A DNA stretch of 64,000 bases from an uncultured Gemmatimonadales bacterium (GCA_963730185.1 CAVSQW010000014.1:64001-128000), one strand, 5' to 3'; counted from the stretch's first letter, positions 30,944-40,536 are shown. The notes: generated by a model not told the origin, from the letters alone. Translations and numbers: made by a program.

Positions 30944-32974
30944 ATGGCCCAGGCGACGGGCGTAGGGTCGATCGGCCGGCGCCTGGCGGTCGGCCTGCTG
31001 GTCGTCGTCGGGCTGCTTCCCCTCGCCAACTGGATTCCGGGCGGTCACGAGAGCCCGACCTACCCGTCCGAGCTGAGCGGCTGGCTCTCAGGGACCGCGA
31101 TCGTCGTGGGGGTGGGTCTGGTGCTCGCCCTCGCGTCGCGTCGATTCCCGACGCTCTGGCGGCCCGGCGTGGCGGGCCGCTTGGTGGCCCGGGCCGATCC
31201 GTCCGACGGACGGGCCCTCCTGGTGGTGGCCCTGGTGGCGCTGGCGGCCTACCTGACGGCGGCCTGGCTCACCTTCGACGCCCGGCCGCTTCTGATCGAC
31301 GAGGTGGTCCAGACCCTCCAGGCCCGGATGTACGCGACCGGGCATCTCTGGCGGCCGGAAGGCGCCGACCCGGCATTCCGGAGCATCATGCACATGGTCG
31401 AGCACGACGGCAAAGTGTTCGGCCATTTTCCGCCGGGTGGCCCGCTTTGGCTCATCCCCGGCGTGGCGCTCGGGGCCAGCTGGCTGATGGTGCCGCTGGC
31501 CGGGGCGCTCGCGGTGGTGGCGTTCGGGCTGGTGCTTCGGCGGGTCGAGCCCAGCCCCGCCATTCGGGGTGGCGCGGTGCTTCTGTTCGGGCTGGCGCCG
31601 TTCTCCGTTTTCATGGCCGGCTCGCACATGAACCACACCACCGTCCTGATGTGGCTCCTCTTCTTCGTCGCGGCCCTGGTCCGCCTGATCGACCAGCCCG
31701 GCCGTCCGGCCCTGGCGATCGGCGCGGGGCTGGCCCTCGGGATGGCGGCGATCACCCGGCCGGCCGAAGCGCTGGCCTTTGGCGCGGCCGGCGGGATCTG
31801 GATCCTGAGCCGGGCGGTTCGCCGGCCCCGGGAGTGGACGGCGGCGATCGTGTTGATGGGTCTGGCCGCCCTGGTGCCCGTGGCGGGCATGATGGTGGTG
31901 AACCTGGAGACCACCGGCGGCCTGCTTCGCTCCGGCTACCAGATGCTCTGGGGCGACAACGTGGGACTCGGATTTCATCCGGCGCCCTGGGGTCCACCGC
32001 ACACCCCCGCCCGGGGGGTCGAGCTGCTGAGCCTCTATCTCTTCCGCCTCAACACCTACCTGTACGAGGCGCCGGTCCCGTCGCTGCTGCCGGCGTTCGG
32101 GGCCCTCCTGCTGGTGCCGACGGTCCGCTCCGGCGATCGGTTCCTGCTGGGTGCCGCCGGTCTGGTCCTGCTCCTCTACTTCGCCTACTGGTTCGACGGC
32201 TTCTTTCTGGGGCCGCGCTTCGTGCACTCCCTGATCCCGGTGGCGGCGCTCTGGACGGCCCGGTTTCCGGGCCTGCTGAAGGAGCGCTTCGGTGGTGGGG
32301 TGGCGCTCCGGACGGTGTGTTACGGGGGAGGGGTGGCGGCGGCGCTCGCGCTCGCGATCTCGATCCCGATTCGGGAGCGCCAGTACGCCAATGGCCTGTA
32401 CCAGATGCGGTGGGATGTGGACCGGGCGCTCGCCGAGGTCGGGGCGAAGAACCCGCTGATCTTCGTGCACGAGAGCTGGGGGGCGCAGGTCCTGGCCCGG
32501 CTCTGGGCTCTGGGGGTGACCCGTCCGGAGAGCGAGCGGCTGTACCGGAACGTCGACCTCTGCATCCTCGATCAGCGGGTCAGCGCTTTGGAGTCGGCGG
32601 GCGTCACCCGGGATCCGTTCCCCGCGCTCGTCCCGGCCATGGCCGACTCCGCTCGCCTGGTGTCGATGGCGCAGGTCCCCGACACGACGGCGCGGGTGCT
32701 GCCCGGCACCCGGTACGGTCCCGAGTGCGTGGACCGGATCCGGGCCGATCTCCGGGGGATCGCCCTCCTGCCGCCGGTGCTGCTCACCCGGCGAAAGGAC
32801 GTGATGGTGGTGCGAGACCTCGGCGCCCGCGATACGGTGATCCTGGACCGCTATCCCGACCGGCCGGTGTACCTGGTCCGGCGGCTTTCGGGGAGCGACC
32901 TGCCCCGGCTCGAGCCGATCAGCCGCGACTCGCTGCTGGCGTTGGGGGCCCCGGGGCCGGCGCCCGGGCGTTAG
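30944..32974 (+). CDS. GT-C (ArnT/PMT-like) multi-TM glycosyltransferase
   Basis: First-loop 'IDE' acidic pair, 'FPPG', more than 10 TM helices, 'GPRF', C-terminal periplasmic domain. Confidence 0.7.
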   Translation: MAQATGVGSIGRRLAVGLLVVVGLLPLANWIPGGHESPTYPSELSGWLSGTAIVVGVGLVLALASRRFPTLWRPGVAGRLVARADPSDGRALLVVALVALAAYLTAAWLTFDARPLLIDEVVQTLQARMYATGHLWRPEGADPAFRSIMHMVEHDGKVFGHFPPGGPLWLIPGVALGASWLMVPLAGALAVVAFGLVLRRVEPSPAIRGGAVLLFGLAPFSVFMAGSHMNHTTVLMWLLFFVAALVRLIDQPGRPALAIGAGLALGMAAITRPAEALAFGAAGGIWILSRAVRRPREWTAAIVLMGLAALVPVAGMMVVNLETTGGLLRSGYQMLWGDNVGLGFHPAPWGPPHTPARGVELLSLYLFRLNTYLYEAPVPSLLPAFGALLLVPTVRSGDRFLLGAAGLVLLLYFAYWFDGFFLGPRFVHSLIPVAALWTARFPGLLKERFGGGVALRTVCYGGGVAAALALAISIPIRERQYANGLYQMRWDVDRALAEVGAKNPLIFVHESWGAQVLARLWALGVTRPESERLYRNVDLCILDQRVSALESAGVTRDPFPALVPAMADSARLVSMAQVPDTTARVLPGTRYGPECVDRIRADLRGIALLPPVLLTRRKDVMVVRDLGARDTVILDRYPDRPVYLVRRLSGSDLPRLEPISRDSLLALGAPGPAPGR

Positions 32975-34595
32975 GCACGGCCCGGGCCGAGTCCCGGAGC
33001 GCCGCCGCCCGGCGGACGCTGCCCTCGAACTCCTCCGCGCCCGCCGCCACCCCCGCCTCGGCGACCCGCAGGGCCTCGTCGTAGCGGCCCAGGGTCAGGA
33101 GGCACTCGAAGAGGCGGCTCCGGGCCAACGTCTCCCGCGGCTCCGCCGCCACTCCCCGCGCGAAGACCCCGACGGCCAGGTCGCACCGGTTCTGCCTCCG
33201 GAGCGCGAACCCCCAGTCCTCGAACACCCGTCGATCGCCCGGATAGAGGTCCCCGGCCTGCCGGTACGCGGCGATCGCGCCCGGGTCGTCCTTCCGGCGG
33301 AGCCGGTCGCGGCCCAGGACGAACCAGGCCCGGTAGCTCCGGGGCTCGTCGACCACCGTCTGGGGCATCAGGCTGCCGTTGTCGCGCCAGACCCCTTGGC
33401 GCGACCAGCTCCGGGCGGCGCCGGCCGCCACCGCCAGGCCCACGGCGAGGAGGGTCGCCACGCCGACCTCGCGCCGGCGGGTTCGCGCCAGGGCCGTGCC
33501 CACCAGCGCCGCCGCCACCAAGGCGATTCCCACGCTGGGGAGGAGCAGGGTCCGCTCGGCGACGAGAATCCCGGTCGGGAAAAGCACGTTGCTCACCGGG
33601 AGGATCCCGATGCCGATCCAGGCCAGCCCGAGAGTCAGCCCGGGGATCGTCCGCCGGGCGGTCCAGCCCAGGCCGGCCAGGCTCGCCAGCAGGATCGCCC
33701 CGACCAAGGCGGCTCCGTTGGGACCGTCCGACCCCCCGTAGGCCGGTGGGCTGTACTGCGCCAGGAGATGACGAGGCCAGACCAGGAGTCGGACCCAGTC
33801 GCGCACCAGCGGGAGCATGACCAGGGTCCGGCCGGCGAGGTCGTGGCCGGCGAGGCCGGCCGCCGGCGGGCCACCGCCCAAGTCGCCGAGCACGAGGTAG
33901 CGCCCGGCCGCGAACGCCACGGCCGCGAGGGTCAGCAGCCCGAGCGTCGGCCCCAGGGCCCGGAGCCTCGCACCCAGCCGCTGTTCGGGGCGGACGACGC
34001 CGACCAGCTCGAGCGCGACCAAGAGCGCCGGCAGCACGATCCCCTGCTCCTTGGACGCCGAGCCGAGGAGGAAGAGCAGCACCAGGAGCCAGCGGGGACC
34101 GGGGCCAATCGGGCCGGCTCGGCGGGCCCGGACATAGACCAGCGTGGCGAGGACGACGAAGAGCGTCATCCAGATCTCGGCCTGGCCGACCACGTTGGCG
34201 GTGGCCTCCACGTGGACCGGGTGGACCGCGAAGAGGGCTGCCCCGGCGAGGGCGGCCGGCTCGGGCACGAGCGCCCGGGCGAGGCAATAGACGGCGAAGG
34301 CGAGGGCCGCGGTGAGCGCCAAGCTCACCAGGTGGAAGATCCACGGAGCGCCCTGGGCGGCGGCCCATTGGAGCGCCAGCCACCAGACCGTCCAGGGGCG
34401 GTAGGCGTCGCCCAGATTCTTCGGGGGCCAGTAGCTCTGCTGGGCGTAGACCCAGGGTGGGGCGAGCTGGTGGACCTGGGCGTTCTCGACGACGATCGGG
34501 ATGTCGTCGAACGCGAAGCCGTTGCCGACCGCGCGCCCCGTGGAGATCGCCACCAGAGCGACCAGCAGCAGGAGGGCGCGGCGGGTGGCGGTCAT
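32919..34595 (-). CDS. TMTC-like GT-C glycosyltransferase with C-terminal TPR
   Basis: 'FAFDDIPIVVEN', 'YRP', 'LFAVHPVHVEATANVVGQAE', 'SKEQG', 'QYS', 'VAERTLLLPSVG', then TPR-like helices. Confidence 0.8.
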   Translation of the reverse strand: MTATRRALLLLVALVAISTGRAVGNGFAFDDIPIVVENAQVHQLAPPWVYAQQSYWPPKNLGDAYRPWTVWWLALQWAAAQGAPWIFHLVSLALTAALAFAVYCLARALVPEPAALAGAALFAVHPVHVEATANVVGQAEIWMTLFVVLATLVYVRARRAGPIGPGPRWLLVLLFLLGSASKEQGIVLPALLVALELVGVVRPEQRLGARLRALGPTLGLLTLAAVAFAAGRYLVLGDLGGGPPAAGLAGHDLAGRTLVMLPLVRDWVRLLVWPRHLLAQYSPPAYGGSDGPNGAALVGAILLASLAGLGWTARRTIPGLTLGLAWIGIGILPVSNVLFPTGILVAERTLLLPSVGIALVAAALVGTALARTRRREVGVATLLAVGLAVAAGAARSWSRQGVWRDNGSLMPQTVVDEPRSYRAWFVLGRDRLRRKDDPGAIAAYRQAGDLYPGDRRVFEDWGFALRRQNRCDLAVGVFARGVAAEPRETLARSRLFECLLTLGRYDEALRVAEAGVAAGAEEFEGSVRRAAALRDSARAVPNARAPAPGPPTPAASRG

Positions 34596-36283
34596 GGGAT
34601 GGTGTCGGTCGGCGCGATCCGGATCTGGACGGTGCCCGGCTCCGCCTGGGCGATCCGGGCGCTGTCGGAGATCACGAAGAGCCGTTGGAACAGCATCAGC
34701 CTGGCCGGACGGCTGGCGTAGCTCATTCCCTCTCGGGCTTCGTCGCGGGCCTGGGCGTACCGGCCGAGATGGAGCAGACAGGCGATCAGGCTGGTCCGGG
34801 CGGGTTCGTGACCCACGTCGAGGAGCAGAGCCTGCTGGTAGTACCCGACCGCCGCGTCGCACTTGTCGTTCAGTCGGAGCTTGTCCGCCAGATCGAGCGC
34901 GGCGCCCCACTGGTTGGGATAGAGGTACATCGCCGCCTTGTATTCACGCTCGGCCCAGCCTTTCGCCCCGACCTTGAAGAGGAGCTGGGCCAGGGCGAGA
35001 TGGGACCGGTAGGAAAGCGGCGCGTCGACCACGGTCTGGCGCCAGTACGTGATCTGGTCCTTCCAGACCAGCTGCCGGCTGGCACTCCGGGTGGTGCCCA
35101 TTGCCAGGACTGCGGCCACCGCACCCCCGGCGGCCAGCCGGGCGGGCCGTTGCCGGGTCCGGAGCCAGCCGATGACCGGCTCGGCCAGCCCGCCGATCGC
35201 CAGCATCATCCCCATGCTGCCCAGGAACAGGGTCCGCTCGGCCAGAACGATCCCGGTCGGGATCAGCACGTTGCTGACCGGGAAGATCCCGATTGCGGTC
35301 CAGAGGAGGCCGAAGGTCACCACCGGACGGCGCTTCCAGCAGGCCACGGTCACCAGGAGGGTCAGGGCGAGCAGGAGGGCGCCCTGGGTCTGGGGAATGC
35401 CCCAGGCCACGGCGGTCTCGATTTCCCGGGGTGAGTAGTCACCCTGGAGGTGGGCCGGCCAGAGGAGAAGCCGGAACCATTGTGGTACCACCCCCAGCAT
35501 GGTCAGCGCCCGGCCCCCCATACTCTGGCCCATGAGCGCCTCGGCCGTGAAGGTGCCGACCGCGTCGCCCTTGAGCGAGAGGGTCCGGATGGCGACGAAG
35601 GTGGTCGCCCCGAGCAGCATCACCAGCAGCAGAGGCCGGATCCGAGCCAGCCGCGTTCCGAGCGGCTCGTCGTCGTGGACGATGGTGATCTCGGCGGCCA
35701 CGATCAGGCCGATGAGCATCAGACCGCTCTCCTTGAAGAGCGTCGCCGCCAGGGAGAGGCCGAACAGCGCGGCGCCGTCCCGGAAGCGGAGGCGGTCCGT
35801 GGTTCGTCGGAGCCGGAGATAGAGGATGACGGTGAGGGCGCCCAGGAGACCCACCATGATCTCCGACTGGTTCACCGCGACGGCCACCGCCTCGACGTGG
35901 ACGGGATGGACCAGGAAAAACGCCGCCGCCAGCCAGGCGGCCAGCGGCGGTAGGAGCAGCAGCGCCAGGCGGTAGAATGCCAGCCCCACTGCGGCATACA
36001 TGAGAATGCTGGCCACCCGGAAGACCCAGGGGTGGCCGCCGCCGACGGACCACTCCAGCGCGTAGGACAGACTGGAGAAGGGACGGTAAAGCGCGGGGGC
36101 GAAGGGCTTGGGCCAGTACGACTGGGTAAAGAAGGTCCAGGGCGCGGCCAGGGAGTGGACCACCGGGTTCCGCTCGATGACCGGCATGTCGTCCTGCGCG
36201 AACCGGTTGCCGAGGTTCGTCACGGTGGACGCCAGGCAGAGCGCCACCAGTGAACCCGATGCCATCCAAGGTCGTGCCTTCAT
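34592..36283 (-). CDS. second TMTC-like GT-C glycosyltransferase with C-terminal TPR
   Basis: 'FAQDDMPVIERN', 'LYRP', 'FFLVHPVHVEAVAVAVNQSE', 'FKESG', 'DYS', 'LAERTLFLGSMG', then TPR-like helices. Confidence 0.8.
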   Translation of the reverse strand: MKARPWMASGSLVALCLASTVTNLGNRFAQDDMPVIERNPVVHSLAAPWTFFTQSYWPKPFAPALYRPFSSLSYALEWSVGGGHPWVFRVASILMYAAVGLAFYRLALLLLPPLAAWLAAAFFLVHPVHVEAVAVAVNQSEIMVGLLGALTVILYLRLRRTTDRLRFRDGAALFGLSLAATLFKESGLMLIGLIVAAEITIVHDDEPLGTRLARIRPLLLVMLLGATTFVAIRTLSLKGDAVGTFTAEALMGQSMGGRALTMLGVVPQWFRLLLWPAHLQGDYSPREIETAVAWGIPQTQGALLLALTLLVTVACWKRRPVVTFGLLWTAIGIFPVSNVLIPTGIVLAERTLFLGSMGMMLAIGGLAEPVIGWLRTRQRPARLAAGGAVAAVLAMGTTRSASRQLVWKDQITYWRQTVVDAPLSYRSHLALAQLLFKVGAKGWAEREYKAAMYLYPNQWGAALDLADKLRLNDKCDAAVGYYQQALLLDVGHEPARTSLIACLLHLGRYAQARDEAREGMSYASRPARLMLFQRLFVISDSARIAQAEPGTVQIRIAPTDTIP

Positions 36284-36468
36284 CGCGGAGCCGTCATCCC
36301 GAGTCAGAGCGCGGCGCACTCCCCTGCACTGCATGTGCCACGTAGTGCAGCACTTACACGCTGGGGGGCCGGGGAGACGCCCGGGGGGCGGGTTCCGGGG
36401 CCCCCGGGTTGCAAAGTCCAAGGAGCCGGAAGGCCCCAGAGCCGCCTCGGGCGCTTTCGTGCCGTTTG

Positions 36469-36493
36469 TAACGCATTAAAGGGTAACGCCTTA
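36469..36493. promoter_or_regulatory. IHF-like 25-bp dyad upstream of the pilin promoter
   Basis: TAACGCATTAAAGGGTAACGCCTTA fits YAA-N4-TTR-N5-YAA-N4-TTR; ends 17 bp before the -24 box. Confidence 0.55.
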
Positions 36494-36510
36494 CGTGAAG
36501 AGGGTACAGG

Positions 36511-36526
36511 TGGCACCAACGTTGCT
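36511..36526 (+). promoter_or_regulatory. sigma54 (-24/-12) promoter of pilA
   Basis: TGGCAC-CAACG-TTGCT, exact consensus, about 80 bp upstream of the pilin ATG. Confidence 0.88.
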
Positions 36527-36607
36527 CACCTACCTTGCCGGACGAGCGATCCCGCTGGTTCAACGAAACAGTTGAGCGATTTGGTTCAACACTACTCGGA
36601 GGCAGGC

Positions 36608-36991
36608 ATGGGCAACCGCAAGGGCTTCACTCTTATCGAGCTGCTGATCGTGGTCGTGATCATCGGCATCTTGGCCGCCATCGCGATCCCGAAGTTCGCG
36701 GCGACCAAAGACAAGGCCAAGTTGGCCTCGGTCAAGACCGATCTTCGGAACATGATGACCGCTCAGGAGGCGTACTTCTCTGACTACGCCACCTACGGCA
36801 CCTTCGGCCAGCTCCAGTCGGCGAGCAACTACTCGCTGTCGTCGGGCAACACCGCGGCGGTCGCGGCGGTCGCCAGCGGCTGGACCGGTACGATCACCAA
36901 CAGCACCATCACGTCGAGCATCAACCAGTGCCAGTCGCAGGTTGGCGCGGGCGCGGCTTCGACGCTCGACGGTGTAATCGTCTGCTCGTGA
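36608..36991 (+). CDS. pilA: type IVa major pilin 1
   Basis: RBS GGAGG; 'KG|FTLIELLIVVVIIGILAAIAIPKF'; C-terminal Cys pair, ends VIVCS. Confidence 0.92.
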   Translation: MGNRKGFTLIELLIVVVIIGILAAIAIPKFAATKDKAKLASVKTDLRNMMTAQEAYFSDYATYGTFGQLQSASNYSLSSGNTAAVAAVASGWTGTITNSTITSSINQCQSQVGAGAASTLDGVIVCS

Positions 36992-37003
36992 GGCACCGCT
37001 GAC

Positions 37004-37047
37004 TCGAGGGGGTGGGTGGCTTGGGTGACGAGTCACCACCCCCTTCG
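37004..37047 (+). terminator. hairpin between the two pilin genes (attenuating or stabilising)
   Basis: GAGGGGGTGG(G)TGGCTT...GAGTCACCACCCCCTTC imperfect stem; no U-tract. Confidence 0.45.
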
Positions 37048-37109
37048 TGTCTCGGCTCCACCGGCCGTCCAGGTGTGACGGCCCTGATCTGAAAAGGGGA
37101 CCTCGACGA

Positions 37110-37499
37110 ATGCGGCGCACGACACGAGCCGGTTTCACCCTGATCGAACTTCTGATCGTCGTGGTGATCATCGGCATTCTGGCCGCGATCGCGATCCCGA
37201 AGTTCGCGGCCACCAAAGACAAGGCCAAGCTGGCCTCGGTGCGGTCCGATCTGCGCAACATCATGACCGCTCAGGAAGCCTACTGGGCCGACTACACCAC
37301 CTTCGCGACGCTGGCCCAGCTCCAGGCGGCCACCAACTTCACGCTGTCGAGCGGAAACGTCGGCGCGATCGCCGCGACGGTGTCGGGCTACACCGCCACC
37401 ATCACCAACAACACCATCACCTCGGCCCTCGATCAGTGCCAGGTGGAAGTGGGCGGCGGCGCGGCGAGCACCATCGACGGCCAGATGGTTTGCTCCTGA
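37110..37499 (+). CDS. type IVa pilin 2 (close paralog of pilin 1)
   Basis: 'AG|FTLIELLIVVVIIGILAAIAIPKFAATKDKAKLASV' identical to pilin 1; ends QMVCS. Confidence 0.9.
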   Translation: MRRTTRAGFTLIELLIVVVIIGILAAIAIPKFAATKDKAKLASVRSDLRNIMTAQEAYWADYTTFATLAQLQAATNFTLSSGNVGAIAATVSGYTATITNNTITSALDQCQVEVGGGAASTIDGQMVCS

Positions 37500-38824
37500 T
37501 GCGGATCCTCGTCCTCGACGCCGATGACGCCCTCCGTCATTCGGTCGCGCCCTATCTGGAGGAAGCCGGCTACGAGGTGATGGCCCGGCGAGATCCGGAG
37601 GCGGCGCTGCTCGAGGCCCAGGCGTGCGGGATCCGGACGGTCCTCTGCGACTTGGCCCTGGCCAACGACGGCGGCCTCGCGTTCCTCCGGCGCTATCGGG
37701 CCGGCGGCGGCAGCGGGATCGTGCTCGTCACGGGTGGCCCAGGCGAAGTGGCCAGCGCGGCGGCGGCCCTCCGCGAGGGAGCCGACGGCTACCTCCGGAA
37801 GCCCGCTCTGCCGGAAGAGATCCTCCTCGCCCTCCGCCAGGCGGACGAGCGGGAGCGAATCCGACACGAGGTGGCGACCCTGCGGGCCACGATCGGCGCC
37901 AAGGGCCTCGAGCCGATGGTGGTCGCCGAAGATTCCCGGATGCGCTCGCTCCTCGAGGTCGCGGCCCGGGCGGCCGCCTCCGACGGGGCGGTGCTGATCA
38001 CCGGCGAGCGGGGCACCGGCAAGGCGCTCCTCGCCCGGGCGATGCACCGCTTCAGCCGGCGTGGCGACGGCGCCTTCGTGGCGATCGACTGCGTCGCCAC
38101 GCCCGACTTCTTCGGCACCGGCGGCGACGGCACGGCCGTGCCGGTGGGCGACCCCCAGAGCATCTGGCGCTCCGCCAACCGGGGCACCCTCCTCCTCGAG
38201 GAGGTGCAGGCCCTCTCGATCGAGAGCCAGAGCTACCTGGTGGGCCGGCTCGGATCCAACGGGAACGGGAAGCCCGTCGTCCAGGTCGTCGACAACGACG
38301 TCCGCCTGATGTCGACCGCCGAGCTCTCGATCGACCGGCTGGTCGACGAAGGGAAGCTCCGGGCCGAGCTGGCCGCGCGTCTGGCCGTCACGGTGCTCGA
38401 CCTCCCGCCGCTCCGTGAGCGGCGCGACGACATTCCCGCGCTGGTGACGCACTTCGTCCAGCAGGTGGCCGCCAAGACCGGCCGCCCGATCAGCATCACC
38501 CCGCAGGCGATGGCGGCCTTGCAGGGCTACTCCTGGCCCAGCAACGTGCGGGAGCTCCGGCAGGTGGTGGAGCGCGCCGCGGTGCTGAGCCCGTCGGGCA
38601 AGCTGGATCGGTCGGATTTTCCGGTGCTGGTCACCGCGGGGAAGGCGGCCACCAACGGCGCCAATGCCGAATTCGCCTTGAAGCCGCAGGTCGAGGCGTT
38701 CGAGCGGGAGATCATTCTCCGCGCCCTCGCCGCCAGCGGCGGCACCCGTCGCGAGGCCGCTCGGCTCCTCCGGATCAGTCTCCGCACCCTCTTCTACAAG
38801 CTCCGCCGCTACGGCCTGGCCTGA
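37499..38824 (+). CDS. degenerate NtrC-family regulator lacking GAFTGA
   Basis: Receiver ('VLDADD', 'LCD'), Walker A GERGTGK, no ESELFG/GAFTGA, Walker B LLEE, 'WPSNVRELR', Fis HTH. Confidence 0.8.
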   Translation: MRILVLDADDALRHSVAPYLEEAGYEVMARRDPEAALLEAQACGIRTVLCDLALANDGGLAFLRRYRAGGGSGIVLVTGGPGEVASAAAALREGADGYLRKPALPEEILLALRQADERERIRHEVATLRATIGAKGLEPMVVAEDSRMRSLLEVAARAAASDGAVLITGERGTGKALLARAMHRFSRRGDGAFVAIDCVATPDFFGTGGDGTAVPVGDPQSIWRSANRGTLLLEEVQALSIESQSYLVGRLGSNGNGKPVVQVVDNDVRLMSTAELSIDRLVDEGKLRAELAARLAVTVLDLPPLRERRDDIPALVTHFVQQVAAKTGRPISITPQAMAALQGYSWPSNVRELRQVVERAAVLSPSGKLDRSDFPVLVTAGKAATNGANAEFALKPQVEAFEREIILRALAASGGTRREAARLLRISLRTLFYKLRRYGLA

Positions 38825-38903
38825 GGCCAGGCCGCGTTTTCGCGGCTTCCCCGGGCGGTGAAATGGTTGGGCCTCCGGCCCACCATCGCTCCATCTTGGC
38901 TCC

Positions 38904-39269
38904 ATGGTCGGGGAACGTCGCGGCTTCGCGCTCTACGAGGTGGTCCTGGGGCTGGTGCTCCTGGGGGCGCTCGGCTCGGCCGCCGTGCGGAGCGCCCTGG
39001 CGCTCGGGGCCAGCGTCACCGAGGGGCGTCAGTGGAGCCGGATGGCGGAGGCCGCCGCGGCGCAACTGGCCGAGCTCGAGCGGGCCTTCCGGGTTGGGGC
39101 GCCCGCTTGCGTGGCGCCGCCGGCCGGGAGCGCCGGCCGGATGGGGGTCCGCCTCGATTGGCGGGTCGCCGATTCGCTCCCACTCGTCCGGGTTACGGTC
39201 GTCGCCCGGTCGCGGGTGGGCGGCCGCTTCCTGGTCGACTCGCTTCGGACCAGCTTCGCATGTCGCTGA
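38904..39269 (+). CDS. minor pilin (PilV-like)
   Basis: 'RRG|FALYEVVLGLVLLG' prepilin motif. Confidence 0.7.
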   Translation: MVGERRGFALYEVVLGLVLLGALGSAAVRSALALGASVTEGRQWSRMAEAAAAQLAELERAFRVGAPACVAPPAGSAGRMGVRLDWRVADSLPLVRVTVVARSRVGGRFLVDSLRTSFACR

Positions 39270-40108
39270 GACCACGGGCCGGCTTCTCGCTGGTGGAGGT
39301 GCTGGTCGCCCTGGTGGTCGGTGGGGTGCTGCTGAGCCTCACCTTCGAGCTGGTGGAGCGGGTTCTCTGGATCCAACGGAGCCGAGGCGAACGAGCCGGG
39401 CTCACGGCGGGCCTCCGGGCCGCCGCGACCCTGGTCGCGCGAGAGCTGGAAGGGCTCGGACGGGACTCGGTCGGCGGTGCCGACCTCTTGGTGGTCGGGC
39501 CGGGACAGGCGCGGTTCCGGGCCCAGCGGGGCCTCTGGCGCGTGTGCCTGGTTCGGCCGGACAGCCTGGTCGTGGACGCCGACAGCGCGCTCCGCTGGAG
39601 CGCTCGGCTGCCGTCCGCCGGGCGTGACAGCCTCTTGCTCTACCTGCCTGGCGACTCCAGCGCCGCCTGGAACGCCTGGCTCCCCTTGCCGGTCCTGGCG
39701 AGCCCGGCTCCCGCCCTCTGTCCCGGCGGCGGGCCCGGGCTCCTCCTCCTGACCGCGCTCGATTCGGCGGCGTTGGCGGGGTACCGGGTGCCGCCGGCCA
39801 CCGTGGCGCGCCAGTTCGAGACGGTGGAGCTCCGGACCTACCGGTCGTCGGGTCAGTGGGTGCTCGGGCTCGAGCTCCGATCCGCCGGGGCCGCGATCCA
39901 GCCGTTCATGGGGCCACTGCGGGCCGGGGGGTTCGACGTGGTCCCGCTTGACTCCGCCGGCGTGGGCACGGTGCCGGGAGCCGCAGTGGGGGCCGGGTTT
40001 CGCCTGGTAGGCGCCTCGGATCGCGGGCTCGCCGTCGGAAGGGGGGCTCGGTCCCTGGCGGCCGCGGACAGCCTGATCGCTCAGATCCCGCTCCGGAACG
40101 CGCCGTGA
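39260..40108 (+). CDS. minor pilin (PilW-like)
   Basis: 'AG|FSLVEVLVALVVGG' prepilin motif; larger globular domain. Confidence 0.75.
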   Translation: MSLRPRAGFSLVEVLVALVVGGVLLSLTFELVERVLWIQRSRGERAGLTAGLRAAATLVARELEGLGRDSVGGADLLVVGPGQARFRAQRGLWRVCLVRPDSLVVDADSALRWSARLPSAGRDSLLLYLPGDSSAAWNAWLPLPVLASPAPALCPGGGPGLLLLTALDSAALAGYRVPPATVARQFETVELRTYRSSGQWVLGLELRSAGAAIQPFMGPLRAGGFDVVPLDSAGVGTVPGAAVGAGFRLVGASDRGLAVGRGARSLAAADSLIAQIPLRNAP

Positions 40109-40536
40109 TCCTCCCGGTGCTCACCGCCCTGGTGCTGGTGCTGGGGATGGTCGCGGCCGCCGTGGACATGGCCGGAGCCGCCCTTCGGCAGGGCCGGGCG
40201 CGCTTTCGGCAGGCAATCGCGGGGGCCGCGGCCGAACGGGGCCTGGCCGAGTCGGAGGTGGGTGGGTGGGGGTCGGCCGGGTTGGCCCTGCCCGTGGGCG
40301 GTCGCCTCGGCCTCCCGCCGGTCACGGACCGGCCGGGAGTCGTGATCATCTGCGACGCCAGGCGGCTCACGGGCGACCTCTGGCTGGTCCGCTCCCGGTC
40401 GGAAGTGCTGGGGGCGGCTGGTCAGATCCTAGCCGCCGAAGAGCGCGGTTTGGTGGTGACACTGGTGCAGGATCCTGCCGATTCTAGCTTTCGGGTCATA
40501 CCCATTCGTCGGCCCTGGAACCGGCGAGCCACGTAG
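40105..40536 (+). CDS. PilX-like minor pilin
   Basis: Hydrophobic N-terminus without E5; 'AAERGL'; third gene of the minor pilin cluster. Confidence 0.5.
   Translation: MILPVLTALVLVLGMVAAAVDMAGAALRQGRARFRQAIAGAAAERGLAESEVGGWGSAGLALPVGGRLGLPPVTDRPGVVIICDARRLTGDLWLVRSRSEVLGAAGQILAAEERGLVVTLVQDPADSSFRVIPIRRPWNRRAT

Noticed and set aside
36608..37499. Conductive (e-pilin) interpretation of the short pilins
   Set aside because: Pilin 1 has F1, F24, Y50, F51 and Y57 but lacks aromatics at positions 27 and 32, and the head is aromatic-poor.
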